Shown here piece after piece: positions 17,013 to 29,515 of a stretch of 64,000 nucleotides of DNA. The notes beneath the pieces were generated by a model. The model saw only the letters and a program-made list of their open reading frames with translations. It was not told the DNA's origin and did not search any database. The stretch covers positions 1 to 64,000 of the forward strand of contig CAVZJB010000014.1 in assembly GCA_963775425.1 (NCBI GenBank). Direction: 5' to 3'. This DNA is from an uncultured delta proteobacterium. Lineage in GTDB: Bacteria > Myxococcota > UBA727 > VGSZ01. The position numbers and the translations under genes are program-made. Every line of letters starts with the position of its first letter. Position 1 is the stretch's first letter.

Positions 17013-19284
17013 TCAGCGCTGGCAGCGGCGGATGCACTTGCGGATCTCGACCATCAGCGCCTTGGTCTCGTCCATGGAGAGCGTGGCGATGTGCGCGGCC
17101 TCGTCCGTCGTCGAGCGCGCGCAGGCCACCCGCTCGAGGCAGTAGCGCTTGAGGTAGTCCACGCGCCCCTTGAGCGTGAGCGACTCGGGCTCGGTGGGCG
17201 GGGGCTGCGGCGCGGGCCGCGCGATCTTGTCGGTGGCCGCGACGGCGTGCGCCTCGACGGGCTTGTGTTCCGCCGCCGGCTTGTGATCCGCCGCGGGCTT
17301 GTGATCCGCCGCGGGCCTGGTGGTCCGCGCGTCGACCGGCTTCGCCTTCTTGTCGACGGCCGGGTGGCGCCGATCGTCCGCGTGCCGCCGGGTGTCGTCC
17401 ACCCGCGCCCCGTCGTCATGGGCGCCGTCGACCCGTGCCGTCGTCATGGGCCCCGTCGTCATGGGCCCCGTCGTCATGGGCCCCGTCGTCATGGGCGCCG
17501 TCGTCGTGGGCGCCGTCGTCGTGGGCGCCGTCGTCGTGGGCGCCGTCGTCGTGGGCGCCGTCCTGTCCGGCGCCGTCCTGCGTGCCGGCGTCGGCGGCCG
17601 GCAGGGTGGCGTCGTGCGGCGGGTCGACGGTGGGCGCGGCCTCGACGAGGACGACGGGCTTTCGGTGCGCGCGCTCGTCGAGGAGCTGCGGCACCGCGAT
17701 GGCCGCGAGGACGGCGAGGACCACGAGCACGACGGCGGCGGCGGCGGCGATGGCGGCGGGGGAGATGCGCGGCGGCGGCGGCGCCCGCTGCGTGCGCCGG
17801 CGAGACGGTGAGGTGACGGGATCTTCGAGCGGAGGGAGCGGCCTCGCCAAAGCGCGCTGCTGCGGCTCGCGCGCGCCCTCGCGCGAGCGCCGCGGCAAGG
17901 ACGGCGCCGTGGCGTTCATGGCGGGGCGCAGGTTTTCGTCGACGACGCGGCGGGGCGGGGCGACGTCGGCGGGGGTGTCGCCGTCGAGGCTGCGCACGCG
18001 GGTGGTGAGCGCGGCGGCGACGTTGGCGGGCATCGTCTGGTCGCTCTCGCTGTCGGCGAAGACGTTGGGGTCGCGCGCGACGCGATCGGCCTCGATCCTC
18101 TCGATGAGATCGCTGACGGGCTGGCTCGGCATCTGCGTCTCGGCGTTCGGGTCGAAGCCCGACACGAGATCGGCGAGCCTGCCCCGCACCTCCGCGGGCG
18201 ACACGACCTTGGTGCGCCCCACCGACGTCGACGTCGACACGCTCGGCTCGTCGCTCACGGCCGGCTGAGCGAACAGCCGCGTGCGCGCCTCCGCGAGCCC
18301 CGTGGCTTGGAGGATCATCTCGCGCTCGAGCTGGCGCTCGGCGGCGAAGATCTCGGTCATGAAGCGCGCGCTGGCCCGCCGCGCCTCGCGCACCCGCCGC
18401 GACGCCGCGGCCTCGAGGATGGCGTCGCGCATGTGGGCCGCGCTCTGGAAGCGATCGCGCGGCGAGCCCGCCAGCGCCAGCTCCAGGATGTTCCTGAGGT
18501 CGGGGGGCACGCGGTCGTAGAGCCTCGGCCGGTGCGTGCCCTTCATGGCCACGCGCCAGATGTCCTCCTCGGAGAGCCCCTCGTAGAAGCGCTCGCCGAC
18601 GATGAGCTCGTACAGCATGACGCCGACGGAGTAGAGGTCGCTGCGCCCGTCGATGGCGCGATCGCGCACCTGCTCCGGCGCGTTGTAGCGGAGCTTGCCG
18701 ACCATGATCCCCGGCCGCGTGAGCTCCTGCTTGAGCTCGTGGTCGGCGAGGCCGAAGTCGATGAGCTTCACGTAGCCGTCGAAGCCGAGCATCACGTTGT
18801 GCGGGGACACGTCGCGGTGGACGATGCCGAGGGGCCTCCCTGTCATCGGGTCGACGAGGCCGTGGGCGTAGTCGAGGGCGACGAGCACCTCGGACAGGAT
18901 GTGAAAGATCAGCGTGTCCGGGACCTCCTGGCCGAGCTTCTGGGCCCGGGTCTGGACGTCGCGGATGTTGCGACCCGAGATGAACTCGAGGGCGAGGTAG
19001 TAGATGCGGTCCACCACGCCGGCGTCGAGCGTGTGACAGATGCTCGGGTGATCGAGCTTCTGCACCACGCGCGCCTCGTCGAGGAAGCGCCCCACGGCCT
19101 CGCGGTCGTCCTTGAGGTCCGTGCGCACGGTCTTGACGACGCAGACCTCGTCGGTGGGCTCGTTGTCGACGGGGCGCAGCGCGAGGAAGACCTGACCCAT
19201 CCCCCCCTGGGCGATCAACCGGATGAGGGTGAACGGGCCCAGGGGCCGCGGCAGCTCGGTCAGGGATTCGAAGCTCGTGCCCAT
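17013..19284 (-). CDS. Membrane Ser/Thr protein kinase; C-terminal tail frameshifted at about 17437
   Basis: GGMGQV, VVK, HRDVSPHN, DFG, APE and a TM helix. The open frame ends at 17416, but the repeat-derived sequence continues to 17013 in another frame. Confidence 0.85.
17409..17580. repeat. 15-bp tandem repeat encoding (DDGAH)n
   Basis: CCGTCGTC(A/G)TGGGC(G/C), about 8 good units plus degenerate flanks. Confidence 0.9.
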
Positions 19285-19309
19285 GAGAGCCGACAAAGGT
19301 GATACCACG

Positions 19310-20152
19310 GTGCTCGTGCTCGTCGCCGAGTTGCTCCTCGCCGTGTCCGTCGCGGCGGCGCCCGCCCCGGTGGCGGTGCTGCCCTCGGTGGGCACCGCCT
19401 CGGAGGGCGTGCGGCGCGACGTGGACTCGGCGCTGCGCGGGGCGCTCCTCGACATCGAGAGCATCGACCTGCTCTCGCCCGTGGAGACTCGGCGCCACCT
19501 GGTCTCGCTGGCCGAGATGGGCCTCGTGTGCCTCCCCGACGACGTCACCTGCCTCGTGAAGCTCGGCCTGGCCGCCAACGTGTCGTTCGTGCTGGTCCCG
19601 GAGGCCACGCCCGCCGACGACGACATGGTCGACGTCGAGATCGGCGTGATCGACGTCTCGGAGGCCCAGCGCGCGCGCACGGTGACGGCGCACCTGTCCA
19701 CCGGCGACGCCGCCGCGGCCGTGAGCCTGGTGCACCGGGCGCTCGGCCTCGACGCGCCGGCGCCGGCGGATCCGGCGAAGGACCCGCCCGATCGCGTGGT
19801 CCCCGACGACACCGTCGACCACAAAACCCCGCCCGTCGACGACGACGGCCGCGCGCACCCCACGCTCGACGACACCGACGACGGCGCCGGCGCGGCGCCG
19901 GCGGAGGGCAAGCCGCTGGCGCCGGCGGCGGTGGTGACCGGCGTCGCGGCCGCCGTGGGGGTCATCGCCCTCGGCGGCGCGGTCACATGTGACCTCCTGT
20001 ACTCGGACACCCTCCCGTTGGCGGATGCCAAGACCCGCAAGGACATCATCCAGCCCGTGGGAGCGGGGTTGTGGGTGACGACGGCCTTCGCGCTCGCGGG
20101 CGTCGGGGCCGGCGCCTATCTGTTGATCACGACTCCCGACGACACCCCTTGA
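19310..20152 (+). CDS. Hypothetical secreted protein with C-terminal hydrophobic helices
   Basis: Signal-like N-terminus, VAVLP, C.PDD..CL..LG..A motif, two C-terminal TM segments. Start uncertain. Confidence 0.6.
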   Translation: MLVLVAELLLAVSVAAAPAPVAVLPSVGTASEGVRRDVDSALRGALLDIESIDLLSPVETRRHLVSLAEMGLVCLPDDVTCLVKLGLAANVSFVLVPEATPADDDMVDVEIGVIDVSEAQRARTVTAHLSTGDAAAAVSLVHRALGLDAPAPADPAKDPPDRVVPDDTVDHKTPPVDDDGRAHPTLDDTDDGAGAAPAEGKPLAPAAVVTGVAAAVGVIALGGAVTCDLLYSDTLPLADAKTRKDIIQPVGAGLWVTTAFALAGVGAGAYLLITTPDDTP

Positions 20153-20167
20153 TAGACTCTCGGCTCC

Positions 20168-21733
<1,566 letters not shown>

Positions 21734-21796
21734 TCGAGCGGCCTCTTGCGGCCCCCTCGTCGCTCCGCGGCGATTCGCCGCGGGGGGTGGTCGCGG

Positions 21797-21831
21797 TTGA
21801 CACGGTGTCGACGAGGCCCTACGTCGCCGCC
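21797..21831 (+). promoter_or_regulatory. Sigma70-like promoter, probably leaderless, for atpF'
   Basis: TTGACA-N17-TACGTC-N6-ATG. Confidence 0.6.
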
Positions 21832-22254
21832 ATGGAGCTCAACGCGACGTATTTCCTCGAGCTGGCGATGTTCTTCGCGCTGCTCGCGTGGCTCTCGCCG
21901 ATGTTGTTCGACCCGTTCCTCAAGCTCTTCGAGGAGCGTGAGCGGCGCATCGTGGGCGCGGCCGAAGAGGCCCAGCGGCTCGCGGGCAGCGCCGACGAGG
22001 CGTCCGCCGAGATCGCCAAGCGCACGCAGGAGGCGCAGGCGGAGGCGCGCAAGGTGCTGTCGTCGTTGCGGGAGAAGGCGCAGGCGCGCGAGCAGGAGAT
22101 CATCGCCGAGGCCCGCGACAAGGCGTCCAGCCGCATCGACGAGGCGCGCGCGGATCTGTTCGAGGCCACCGAGGAGGCGCGCCGCGCGTTGCGCGAGGAC
22201 GCCAAGGCGCTCTCGGAGGAGATCGTCGAGAAGGTGCTCGGGAGGGCGGCATGA
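21832..22254 (+). CDS. ATP synthase F0 subunit b'
   Basis: N-terminal TM, LFDPF...ERERRI, coiled coil; overlaps the atpF start. Confidence 0.85.
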   Translation: MELNATYFLELAMFFALLAWLSPMLFDPFLKLFEERERRIVGAAEEAQRLAGSADEASAEIAKRTQEAQAEARKVLSSLREKAQAREQEIIAEARDKASSRIDEARADLFEATEEARRALREDAKALSEEIVEKVLGRAA

Positions 22255-22829
22255 TGAACGTCATCGACATCGCCGGCTCGCTCGCGGCGGCGGAGCACGG
22301 CGGCGAGCCCCACGTCGCCAACTGGTGGGGCATCGGCACGCAGTACGCGGAGGCGCCGGCGCTCGGCTGGGTCGCCGTGACCTTCGTGGTCTTCGTGGTC
22401 GCCATCGTGATGTACCTCGGGCCGCGCTTCCGCAACGTGCTCGCGGACCGCGCGGACCTCGTGGAGAAGGGCATCGAAGAGGCCCGCCGCGCCCGCGAGG
22501 CTGCGGAGGCGCGCGCGCAAGAGGCGGAGAGCAAGCTCAAGAACCTCGAGGACGAGATGCGCCGGCTGCGCGCCGACTTCGAGGAGCAGGGCAAGGCGGA
22601 GCTCGAGCGCCTCGAGAAGATGGCGCAGGACACCGCCGTGCGCATCGGCAAGGACGCCGAGGACACCATCGCCGCCGAGACCGATCGCGCGCGCCAGAGC
22701 CTGCGGGCCGAGGCCGCGCGGCTCGCGCTCGAGATGGCCGAGGAGCGCATCCGCGCGGCGCTGTCGGGCAGCGACGACGCCCGCCTGCAAAAGGCGCTCA
22801 TCGACGACCTCGGGCGCCCCTCTGCCTGA
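22251..22829 (+). CDS. atpF: ATP synthase F0 subunit b
   Basis: TM helix plus Ala/Glu coiled coil; atp gene context. Confidence 0.85.
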   Translation: MMNVIDIAGSLAAAEHGGEPHVANWWGIGTQYAEAPALGWVAVTFVVFVVAIVMYLGPRFRNVLADRADLVEKGIEEARRAREAAEARAQEAESKLKNLEDEMRRLRADFEEQGKAELERLEKMAQDTAVRIGKDAEDTIAAETDRARQSLRAEAARLALEMAEERIRAALSGSDDARLQKALIDDLGRPSA

Positions 22830-22863
22830 CTCCGCCTGAGCGTCAGCTCCCGGTGCCTGAGCG

Positions 22864-23652
22864 TCAGCTCCCGGTGATCGGCGCGCCCGTGATCGCCGAT
22901 ACCTTCTCGGCCAGCGCCTGCGCGTCCGCCTTGGCGACGCCCGACGAGCCTTCGTCGACGAGGCTGACGAGCCCGCCGTCCTTCATCGCGAGCGCGACCT
23001 GCACGAGGTCGTGGGCCGTGTGCTGGCCCCACGTGCGCACGTGCGCGATGTCGTCGAAGGAGCGCTCGGTGGACTCGGTGCGCCGCCACAGGACGCGTCC
23101 GACGCGCACGGTGCGCGCGGCGGGGTCGAGCACGAGCTCGAACGAGCGCGGCGCGGTGAAGAGCTTCCACGACCACGTGACGGCGAAGAGGAACGACACG
23201 GCGACGCCGAGCCACGGCATGCCCGCGCGTCCCGTCGGATAGGTGACGGTGAGGCTCGGCGCCGCCCCCGACCTGAACGCCTGCGCCTGGGAGACCGCCG
23301 CGTGGTAGGCGCGGGTGGTGTCGCCGCCGTCGCTTTGGTTCGACAGTTGCTGGCGGCCGGGCTTGCCGCGCTCGCCGACGAAGAGGACGCCGTGCTCGAG
23401 GTGGAGCTTCGACAGGTCGTCGAGGGGGAAGGTCCGCGGCTTCCAGCCGAAGCCCACCGGGCTCACGGTGCACTGCGCGGCCGCGCGGTCACACGTGAGG
23501 GTGATGTCCCTGGGCGCGCCGAGGTTCACGGCCGTCAGGAGCACGGACAGCGGCAGGATCAACACCAGGCTGACCCAACCGATGACCTTCACGAGGCCGA
23601 GGCGCGCCTTGCGCTTGATGACGAGCTTTCCGGTGGTTTCCACGATGTCCAT
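22864..23652 (-). CDS. Hypothetical two-TM membrane protein between atpF and atpH
   Basis: GGAG RBS, two TM helices, TLTCDR...C motif. Confidence 0.65.
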   Translation of the reverse strand: MDIVETTGKLVIKRKARLGLVKVIGWVSLVLILPLSVLLTAVNLGAPRDITLTCDRAAAQCTVSPVGFGWKPRTFPLDDLSKLHLEHGVLFVGERGKPGRQQLSNQSDGGDTTRAYHAAVSQAQAFRSGAAPSLTVTYPTGRAGMPWLGVAVSFLFAVTWSWKLFTAPRSFELVLDPAARTVRVGRVLWRRTESTERSFDDIAHVRTWGQHTAHDLVQVALAMKDGGLVSLVDEGSSGVAKADAQALAEKVSAITGAPITGS

Positions 23653-23725
23653 CGGCGACCTCTCCGGCCGGCACCATATCCCGGGTCCGCGGCGTTCTGC
23701 CGCGGCTTTGTGCGCGGCGTCGCCG

Positions 23726-23761
23726 TTGACACGGCGACGAGCGGCAAGTAGCCCCGGCGCC
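23726..23761 (+). promoter_or_regulatory. Sigma70-like promoter for atpH
   Basis: TTGACA-N17-TAGCCC-N7-ATG. Confidence 0.5.
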
Positions 23762-24319
23762 ATGCAGGAAGGCATCGTCGGTCGTCGCTACGCGCGCGCG
23801 CTGATCATGGCGCTTGAAGGCGCGTCGCAGGACGCCATGTCGAAGGTCGAGGAGGAGCTCTCCGCCGTCGCCGCGCTCCTCGACCGGCGCACGGGGCAAG
23901 CGGACTTCCGCCAGGCCATGCTCAACCCGAGCTTCTCGCCGGACCAGCGAAAGAAAGTGCTCGCCGCCGTCGCCGAGGCGCACAAGTTCGAAGCCATCAC
24001 CGGTACGTTCCTCGCGCTCCTCGTCGACAAGGATCGCGTCCCGCAGCTCCCCGCCGTCGCCGCGGCCTTCCGCGACGAGGTCGACGAGAAGGTCGGCCGC
24101 GTGCGCGCCACCATCCTCACCGCCAAGGAGCTGTCGGCGTCTTCGCTCGCCGAGATCGTGCGCGGCCTCGAGAAGCGCACCGGCAAAAAGGTCGTCCCCG
24201 ACGTCGCCGTGGACCCGAGCATCATCGCCGGCGTCCAGGCTCGCATCGGCGGCCTCGTGTTCGACGCCACCGTGCGCGCGCAGCTCGATCGGCTGCGCCA
24301 GGAGTTCCACGTCCAATAA
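23762..24319 (+). CDS. atpH: ATP synthase F1 delta
   Basis: RRYARAL, FL.LLVDK.R and VDPSIIAG....IG..VFD motifs. Confidence 0.93.
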   Translation: MQEGIVGRRYARALIMALEGASQDAMSKVEEELSAVAALLDRRTGQADFRQAMLNPSFSPDQRKKVLAAVAEAHKFEAITGTFLALLVDKDRVPQLPAVAAAFRDEVDEKVGRVRATILTAKELSASSLAEIVRGLEKRTGKKVVPDVAVDPSIIAGVQARIGGLVFDATVRAQLDRLRQEFHVQ

Positions 24320-24322
24320 CGC

Positions 24323-24395
24323 GCGGGGGCTCGTCCCCCGTCGCCGTGGGGCGGGCCGCGCCCGCATCCCGTAGGGCGGGGGCTCGTCCCCCGCG
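24323..24395. repeat. REP-like palindromes (GTAG type)
   Basis: GCGGGGGCTCGTCCCCCG occurs twice, the second preceded by GTAG. A relative, GTGGGGCGGGGGCTTGTCCCCCGCCC, is at 42756-42781. Confidence 0.6.
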
Positions 24396-24408
24396 TCGGA
24401 GAGAAGAA

Positions 24409-26046
24409 ATGCAGCTTCGTGCCGAGGAAATCAGCCGCATCATCAAGGGCCAGATCCAGGCCTTCGAGCAGAAGACGGAGGTCCAGGAGACCGGCTCCAT
24501 CCTGTCCGTCGGTGACGGCGTCGCGCGCATCTTCGGCCTCGAAAAGGCGCAGGCGGGCGAGCTCGTTGACCTCGTGGGCACCACGGGCGGCACCGTGAAG
24601 GGCCTCGTGCTCAACCTCAACGAGGACAGCGTCGGCGTCGCCATCATGGGTGACGACCAGGGCATCCGCGAGGGTGACACCGTCCGGCGCACCGGCCGCA
24701 TCGCCGACGTCGGCGTCGGCGACGGCGCGCTCGGGCGCGTGCTCAACGGCCTCGGCGAGCCCATCGACGGCAAGGGCCCGGTGAAGGTCGCGGAGCGCCG
24801 CATCATCGAGACCAAGGCCCCCGGCATCATCGCGCGCAAAGGCGTGCACGAGCCCTTGCAGACGGGCCTCATGGCCATCGACGCCATGATCCCCGTCGGC
24901 CGCGGTCAGCGCGAGCTCATCATCGGTGACCGCCAGACCGGCAAGACCGCCGTGGCCACCGACACGATCATCAACCAGAAGGGCCTGGGGGTGAAGTGCA
25001 TCTACGTCGCCATCGGACAGAAGCAGTCCACGGTGGCGCAGGTCGTCGACAAGCTCACGCAGTACGGCGCCATGGAGTACACCGTCGTCGTCAGCGCCAC
25101 CGCGAGCGACCCGGCCCCTTTGCAGTTCATGGCGCCGTACACCGGCTGCACCATCGGTGAGTACTGGCGCGACAACGGCGAGCACGCGCTCATCATCTAC
25201 GACGACCTCTCCAAGCAAGCGGTCGCGTATCGCCAGTTGAGCCTGCTGTTGCGGCGCCCCCCGGGCCGCGAGGCGTACCCGGGCGACGTCTTCTATCTCC
25301 ACAGCCGCCTGCTCGAGCGCGCCTGCAAGATCAGCACGGACGAGGACGAGCTCAAGGCGTACCCGAACATCAAGAAGGGCGGCGGCTCGCTCACCGCGCT
25401 GCCGGTGATCGAGACCCAGGCGGGCGACGTGTCGGCGTACATCCCGACCAACGTCATCTCCATCACCGACGGGCAGATCTTCCTCGAGACCGACCTGTTC
25501 TACCAGGGCCAGCGCCCCGCGATGAACGTCGGCATCTCGGTCAGCCGCGTCGGCGGCGCCGCGCAGGTGGCGGCGATGAAGCAGCTCGCGGGCACCATGC
25601 GCCTCGACCTCGCGCAGTACCGCGAGATCGCCGCGTTCGCGCAGTTCGGCTCCGACCTCGACAAGCCCACGCAGGAGCTGCTCGCCAAGGGCGAGCGCCT
25701 GATGGAGCTGTTGAAGCAGGGCCAGTACAAGCCGTGGCCGGTGGAGCAGCAGATCGTGCTCATCTACGCCGCCACGCAGCCGCGCCCCGGCGAGAAGATC
25801 GGCTGGATCCGCAAGTACAAGAAGACCGAGATCCCGCGCTACGCCAAGGAGCTCATCGACTTCCTGAAGTCCAAGCACGTGGCCGTCCTCGACGACATCC
25901 GCACGCACCCGACCGCCAAGATCGACGTGCCCGGCACCAAGCCGGCGGACATCGAGAAGGGCAAGGCCATCGCGGTGCGCGAGCGCCTCGACAAGGCCCT
26001 CGCCGAGTTCGAGAAGGTGTTCTCCGCCGAGACGGTCGAGGTCTGA
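24409..26046 (+). CDS. atpA: ATP synthase F1 alpha
   Basis: GDRQTGKT and [21 protein letters not shown] motifs. Confidence 0.98.
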   Translation: MQLRAEEISRIIKGQIQAFEQKTEVQETGSILSVGDGVARIFGLEKAQAGELVDLVGTTGGTVKGLVLNLNEDSVGVAIMGDDQGIREGDTVRRTGRIADVGVGDGALGRVLNGLGEPIDGKGPVKVAERRIIETKAPGIIARKGVHEPLQTGLMAIDAMIPVGRGQRELIIGDRQTGKTAVATDTIINQKGLGVKCIYVAIGQKQSTVAQVVDKLTQYGAMEYTVVVSATASDPAPLQFMAPYTGCTIGEYWRDNGEHALIIYDDLSKQAVAYRQLSLLLRRPPGREAYPGDVFYLHSRLLERACKISTDEDELKAYPNIKKGGGSLTALPVIETQAGDVSAYIPTNVISITDGQIFLETDLFYQGQRPAMNVGISVSRVGGAAQVAAMKQLAGTMRLDLAQYREIAAFAQFGSDLDKPTQELLAKGERLMELLKQGQYKPWPVEQQIVLIYAATQPRPGEKIGWIRKYKKTEIPRYAKELIDFLKSKHVAVLDDIRTHPTAKIDVPGTKPADIEKGKAIAVRERLDKALAEFEKVFSAETVEV

Positions 26047-26049
26047 GCC

Positions 26050-26937
<888 letters not shown>

Positions 26938-27033
26938 TTGACGTCGTGGGTGCGTCGTAGACCGCGCCTTGTGGCGCGCGCTTCGACCGCTTGTTTCGTT
27001 GTCGTGGTGCAAGCGCGCCGTTAGGTGCAGCGC

Positions 27034-27354
27034 ATGGCGAAGAAGAAAAAAGCAAAGTCGTCGAAGAGCAGCACCCGCAAGAAGGCAAAGAAGAAGGCGG
27101 CGCGGACGCGCAAGAAGAAGGCGCGGCGGACCGGCAAGGTCGCGAAGAGGGCCGCGCGTTCGAGCAAGAAGGGCACCCGGCGCACCGGCAAGAAGGCCTC
27201 GAAGAAGGTCGCGCGCGCGATGGGAGAGCTCAAGCGCGGGACGCTGAAGAGCGGCTCGGGGCAGAAGGTGAAGAGCCGCGAGCAGGCGATCGCCATCGGC
27301 TTGTCCGAGGCGCGCAAGGCCGGCGCCACGGTTCCGCCGAACCCCAACGGCTGA
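27034..27354 (+). CDS. Lys/Arg-rich small protein with DUF6496-like C-terminus
   Basis: KV..M.E.KRGTLKSGSG.KVKSR.QAIAIGLSEARKAG, preceded by a histone-H1-like basic tail. Confidence 0.75.
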   Translation: MAKKKKAKSSKSSTRKKAKKKAARTRKKKARRTGKVAKRAARSSKKGTRRTGKKASKKVARAMGELKRGTLKSGSGQKVKSREQAIAIGLSEARKAGATVPPNPNG

Positions 27355-27447
27355 CGCGGGGGCTCGGGACCGGCGGGCCGGAGCCGTCGACCGTTCGCGC
27401 GGTGCGATTCCGACAATCGCGTGCGATTGCCGCGTTATTGTCGACGG

Positions 27448-28077
27448 ATGAGCGAAAAGATCGATCCACCCTCCTCGCCGGCAGGCGCGCCTGAGCCCTC
27501 GTTGCCGCCGCCTTCCGTCGGCGCAGGATTCTGGATTCGCGTCGGCGCGCGTCTCATCGACATGGCGCTGCTGTTCGGAACCTCGCTCGTGGCCGGCGCG
27601 GTCGCGGGGATCGCCGTCGGCGTCGTGGTCGCCGCGTCGGGCGGCGACGTCAGCGCCCACCTCGCGCGCGGCTCCGGCTTCAAGGTGCTCCTCTTTGTCG
27701 CCGGGCTCGCGGCGGGGATCCTGTTTCACGCAGTCTGCGACGTCTTCGCCGGCGGCAGCCCCGGCAAGCTCGCGCTCGGCCTGCGCGTCGTCACCGTCGA
27801 CGGAGATCGCATCGGCGTCGGCGCCGCCTTGCTGCGCAACGTCGCGTACTACGTCGACGGCTTCTTCTTCGGCATGCCCGCGGCCTCGGCCATGAGCGCC
27901 AGCGGCGCGCGCAACATGCGCTACGGCGACCAGTGGGCCAAGACCATGGTCGTCCCCGCCGCGGACGCGCGCATGCGCGTGCACCGCAGCGCGCTCGGCG
28001 TCCTCCTTGGCGTCGCCGGCGGCTTCGCCGTCGCCGTGGTGGTCGACGCCGTGGCCGGCTTCTTCACCTTCCTGTGA
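27448..28077 (+). CDS. RDD-family membrane protein
   Basis: AGFWIRVGARLID, SPGKLALGLRVV and GD.WA.T.V motifs. Confidence 0.88.
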   Translation: MSEKIDPPSSPAGAPEPSLPPPSVGAGFWIRVGARLIDMALLFGTSLVAGAVAGIAVGVVVAASGGDVSAHLARGSGFKVLLFVAGLAAGILFHAVCDVFAGGSPGKLALGLRVVTVDGDRIGVGAALLRNVAYYVDGFFFGMPAASAMSASGARNMRYGDQWAKTMVVPAADARMRVHRSALGVLLGVAGGFAVAVVVDAVAGFFTFL

Positions 28078-28083
28078 CGGCGT

Positions 28084-28437
28084 TCAGGGGCGCGCGTCTC
28101 GCTCGGGCTCCCACTCATCGATCGCGAGCGCCAGCAAGACGTCCTGGTCCTCCGCAGACGCCATCGGGCCGAAGCTCACGATGAGCTTGCCGCGGCTGTG
28201 GCAGCGCGGGCAGCGCAGGCCGACGACGGCCGCCATCTCTGCGGGATCCGACGAGCCCTCGAGCCTGCGAACCGCGATCATCTGTGCGTCGCGCGCCTCG
28301 ATCTTCTGGTGACACGCCGAGCAGCGCAGCAGCGCCCCGGGGAGCACCGAGAAGCTGGCGCTCATCCCTTCGTCATCGAGCTCACCGAGCTCGAGCTCTA
28401 CGCTCCCGGTCTCCACGTCGGAGCTGGCGATGGTCAT
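28084..28437 (-). CDS. Hypothetical protein with two CxxC pairs
   Basis: CSAC, RLEGSSDP and CPRC motifs; GGAGG RBS. Confidence 0.65.
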   Translation of the reverse strand: MTIASSDVETGSVELELGELDDEGMSASFSVLPGALLRCSACHQKIEARDAQMIAVRRLEGSSDPAEMAAVVGLRCPRCHSRGKLIVSFGPMASAEDQDVLLALAIDEWEPERDARP

Positions 28438-28506
28438 GGGGTCCTCCGAACGTCCTTCTGCTTCAAGAGTGGTACCGATCTCGGCCGCGCCATGGCATGC
28501 GGCGCC

Positions 28507-29358
28507 ATGCGCCTTCTCCTCCTCGTCTCCGCCGCCGCCGCCGCCGCCTGTGCGTCATCCCCCACAATGGTCTCCGTCGCCGTGCCGAAGCAAACGCCTG
28601 CTCCGGCGGTCGAAGCAAGCGCCGCCGTCGCCGGCGCCTCCGCCGACGCCGCAACAGCGGCCGCCCCGCTCGTGGTCGACGCCGCCATCGCCGCCGCCGT
28701 CGCCGCCCCCGGCCGCGACCCCGCCGACATCGCCCTCGACGCCGGCCGAAAGCCCGCGCAGATCCTCGCGTTCGCCGGCGTGAAGCCCGGCATGCGCGTC
28801 GCCGAGCTCGGCGCCGGCGGCGGCTACACCTCCGAGCTGCTCGCGCGCGTCGTCGGCCCGCGCGGCGTGGTGTACGGGCAGAACAGCCCGTTCCTCCTGC
28901 AGCGCTTCGCCGAGAAGCCCTGGGCGGCGCGCCTGCAAAAGCCCGTGATGAAGAACGTGAAGCGCGTGGACCGCGAGTTCGACGACCCGCTCCCCGAGGA
29001 CGCCAAGGACCTCGACGTCGTCGTCATTCACCTCTTCTACCACGACACCGTGTGGATGAAGACCGACCGCGCCAAGATGAACGCCGCCGTCTTCAAGGCC
29101 CTCAAGCCCGGCGGCGTCTACGTCATCGTCGACCACGCCGCCGCCGCCGGCCACGGCGTCGCCGACGCGCAGACGCTCCATCGCATCGAAGAGAAGGTGG
29201 TCGTCGACGAGGTCACCGCCGCCGGCTTCGTCAAAGACGCCGAAGCCGACTTCCTCAAAAACCCCGCCGACGCCCACGACTGGAACGCCGCCCCACGCGC
29301 CGCCGCCGACAAGCGCGGCACGAGCGACCGCTTCGCGCTCCGCTTCAAGAAGCCCTGA
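28507..29358 (+). CDS. Secreted class I SAM-dependent methyltransferase
   Basis: D.GRKP..L.F.GVKPGM.VAELGAGGGYT, YHD and LKPGG..VDH motifs. Confidence 0.88.
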   Translation: MRLLLLVSAAAAAACASSPTMVSVAVPKQTPAPAVEASAAVAGASADAATAAAPLVVDAAIAAAVAAPGRDPADIALDAGRKPAQILAFAGVKPGMRVAELGAGGGYTSELLARVVGPRGVVYGQNSPFLLQRFAEKPWAARLQKPVMKNVKRVDREFDDPLPEDAKDLDVVVIHLFYHDTVWMKTDRAKMNAAVFKALKPGGVYVIVDHAAAAGHGVADAQTLHRIEEKVVVDEVTAAGFVKDAEADFLKNPADAHDWNAAPRAAADKRGTSDRFALRFKKP

Positions 29359-29515
29359 CGTCGTCACCTTCGCTGCCCCCGTACGTAGAGCGTGTCGACG
29401 CCAAGCTGGGCCTTGAGCACGGCGTTGGCGTGCTCGGCGAGACCAGGGCGCGTGCGGTATCGCGCCTTCGTTCCGCCGTGTGGCCGTAGCGCCGTCCCCT
29501 TCCGGGTGGCTCGGA

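Noticed and set aside
17409-17580. CRISPR or non-coding repeat
   Set aside because: It is a contiguous 15-bp coding repeat with no spacers.
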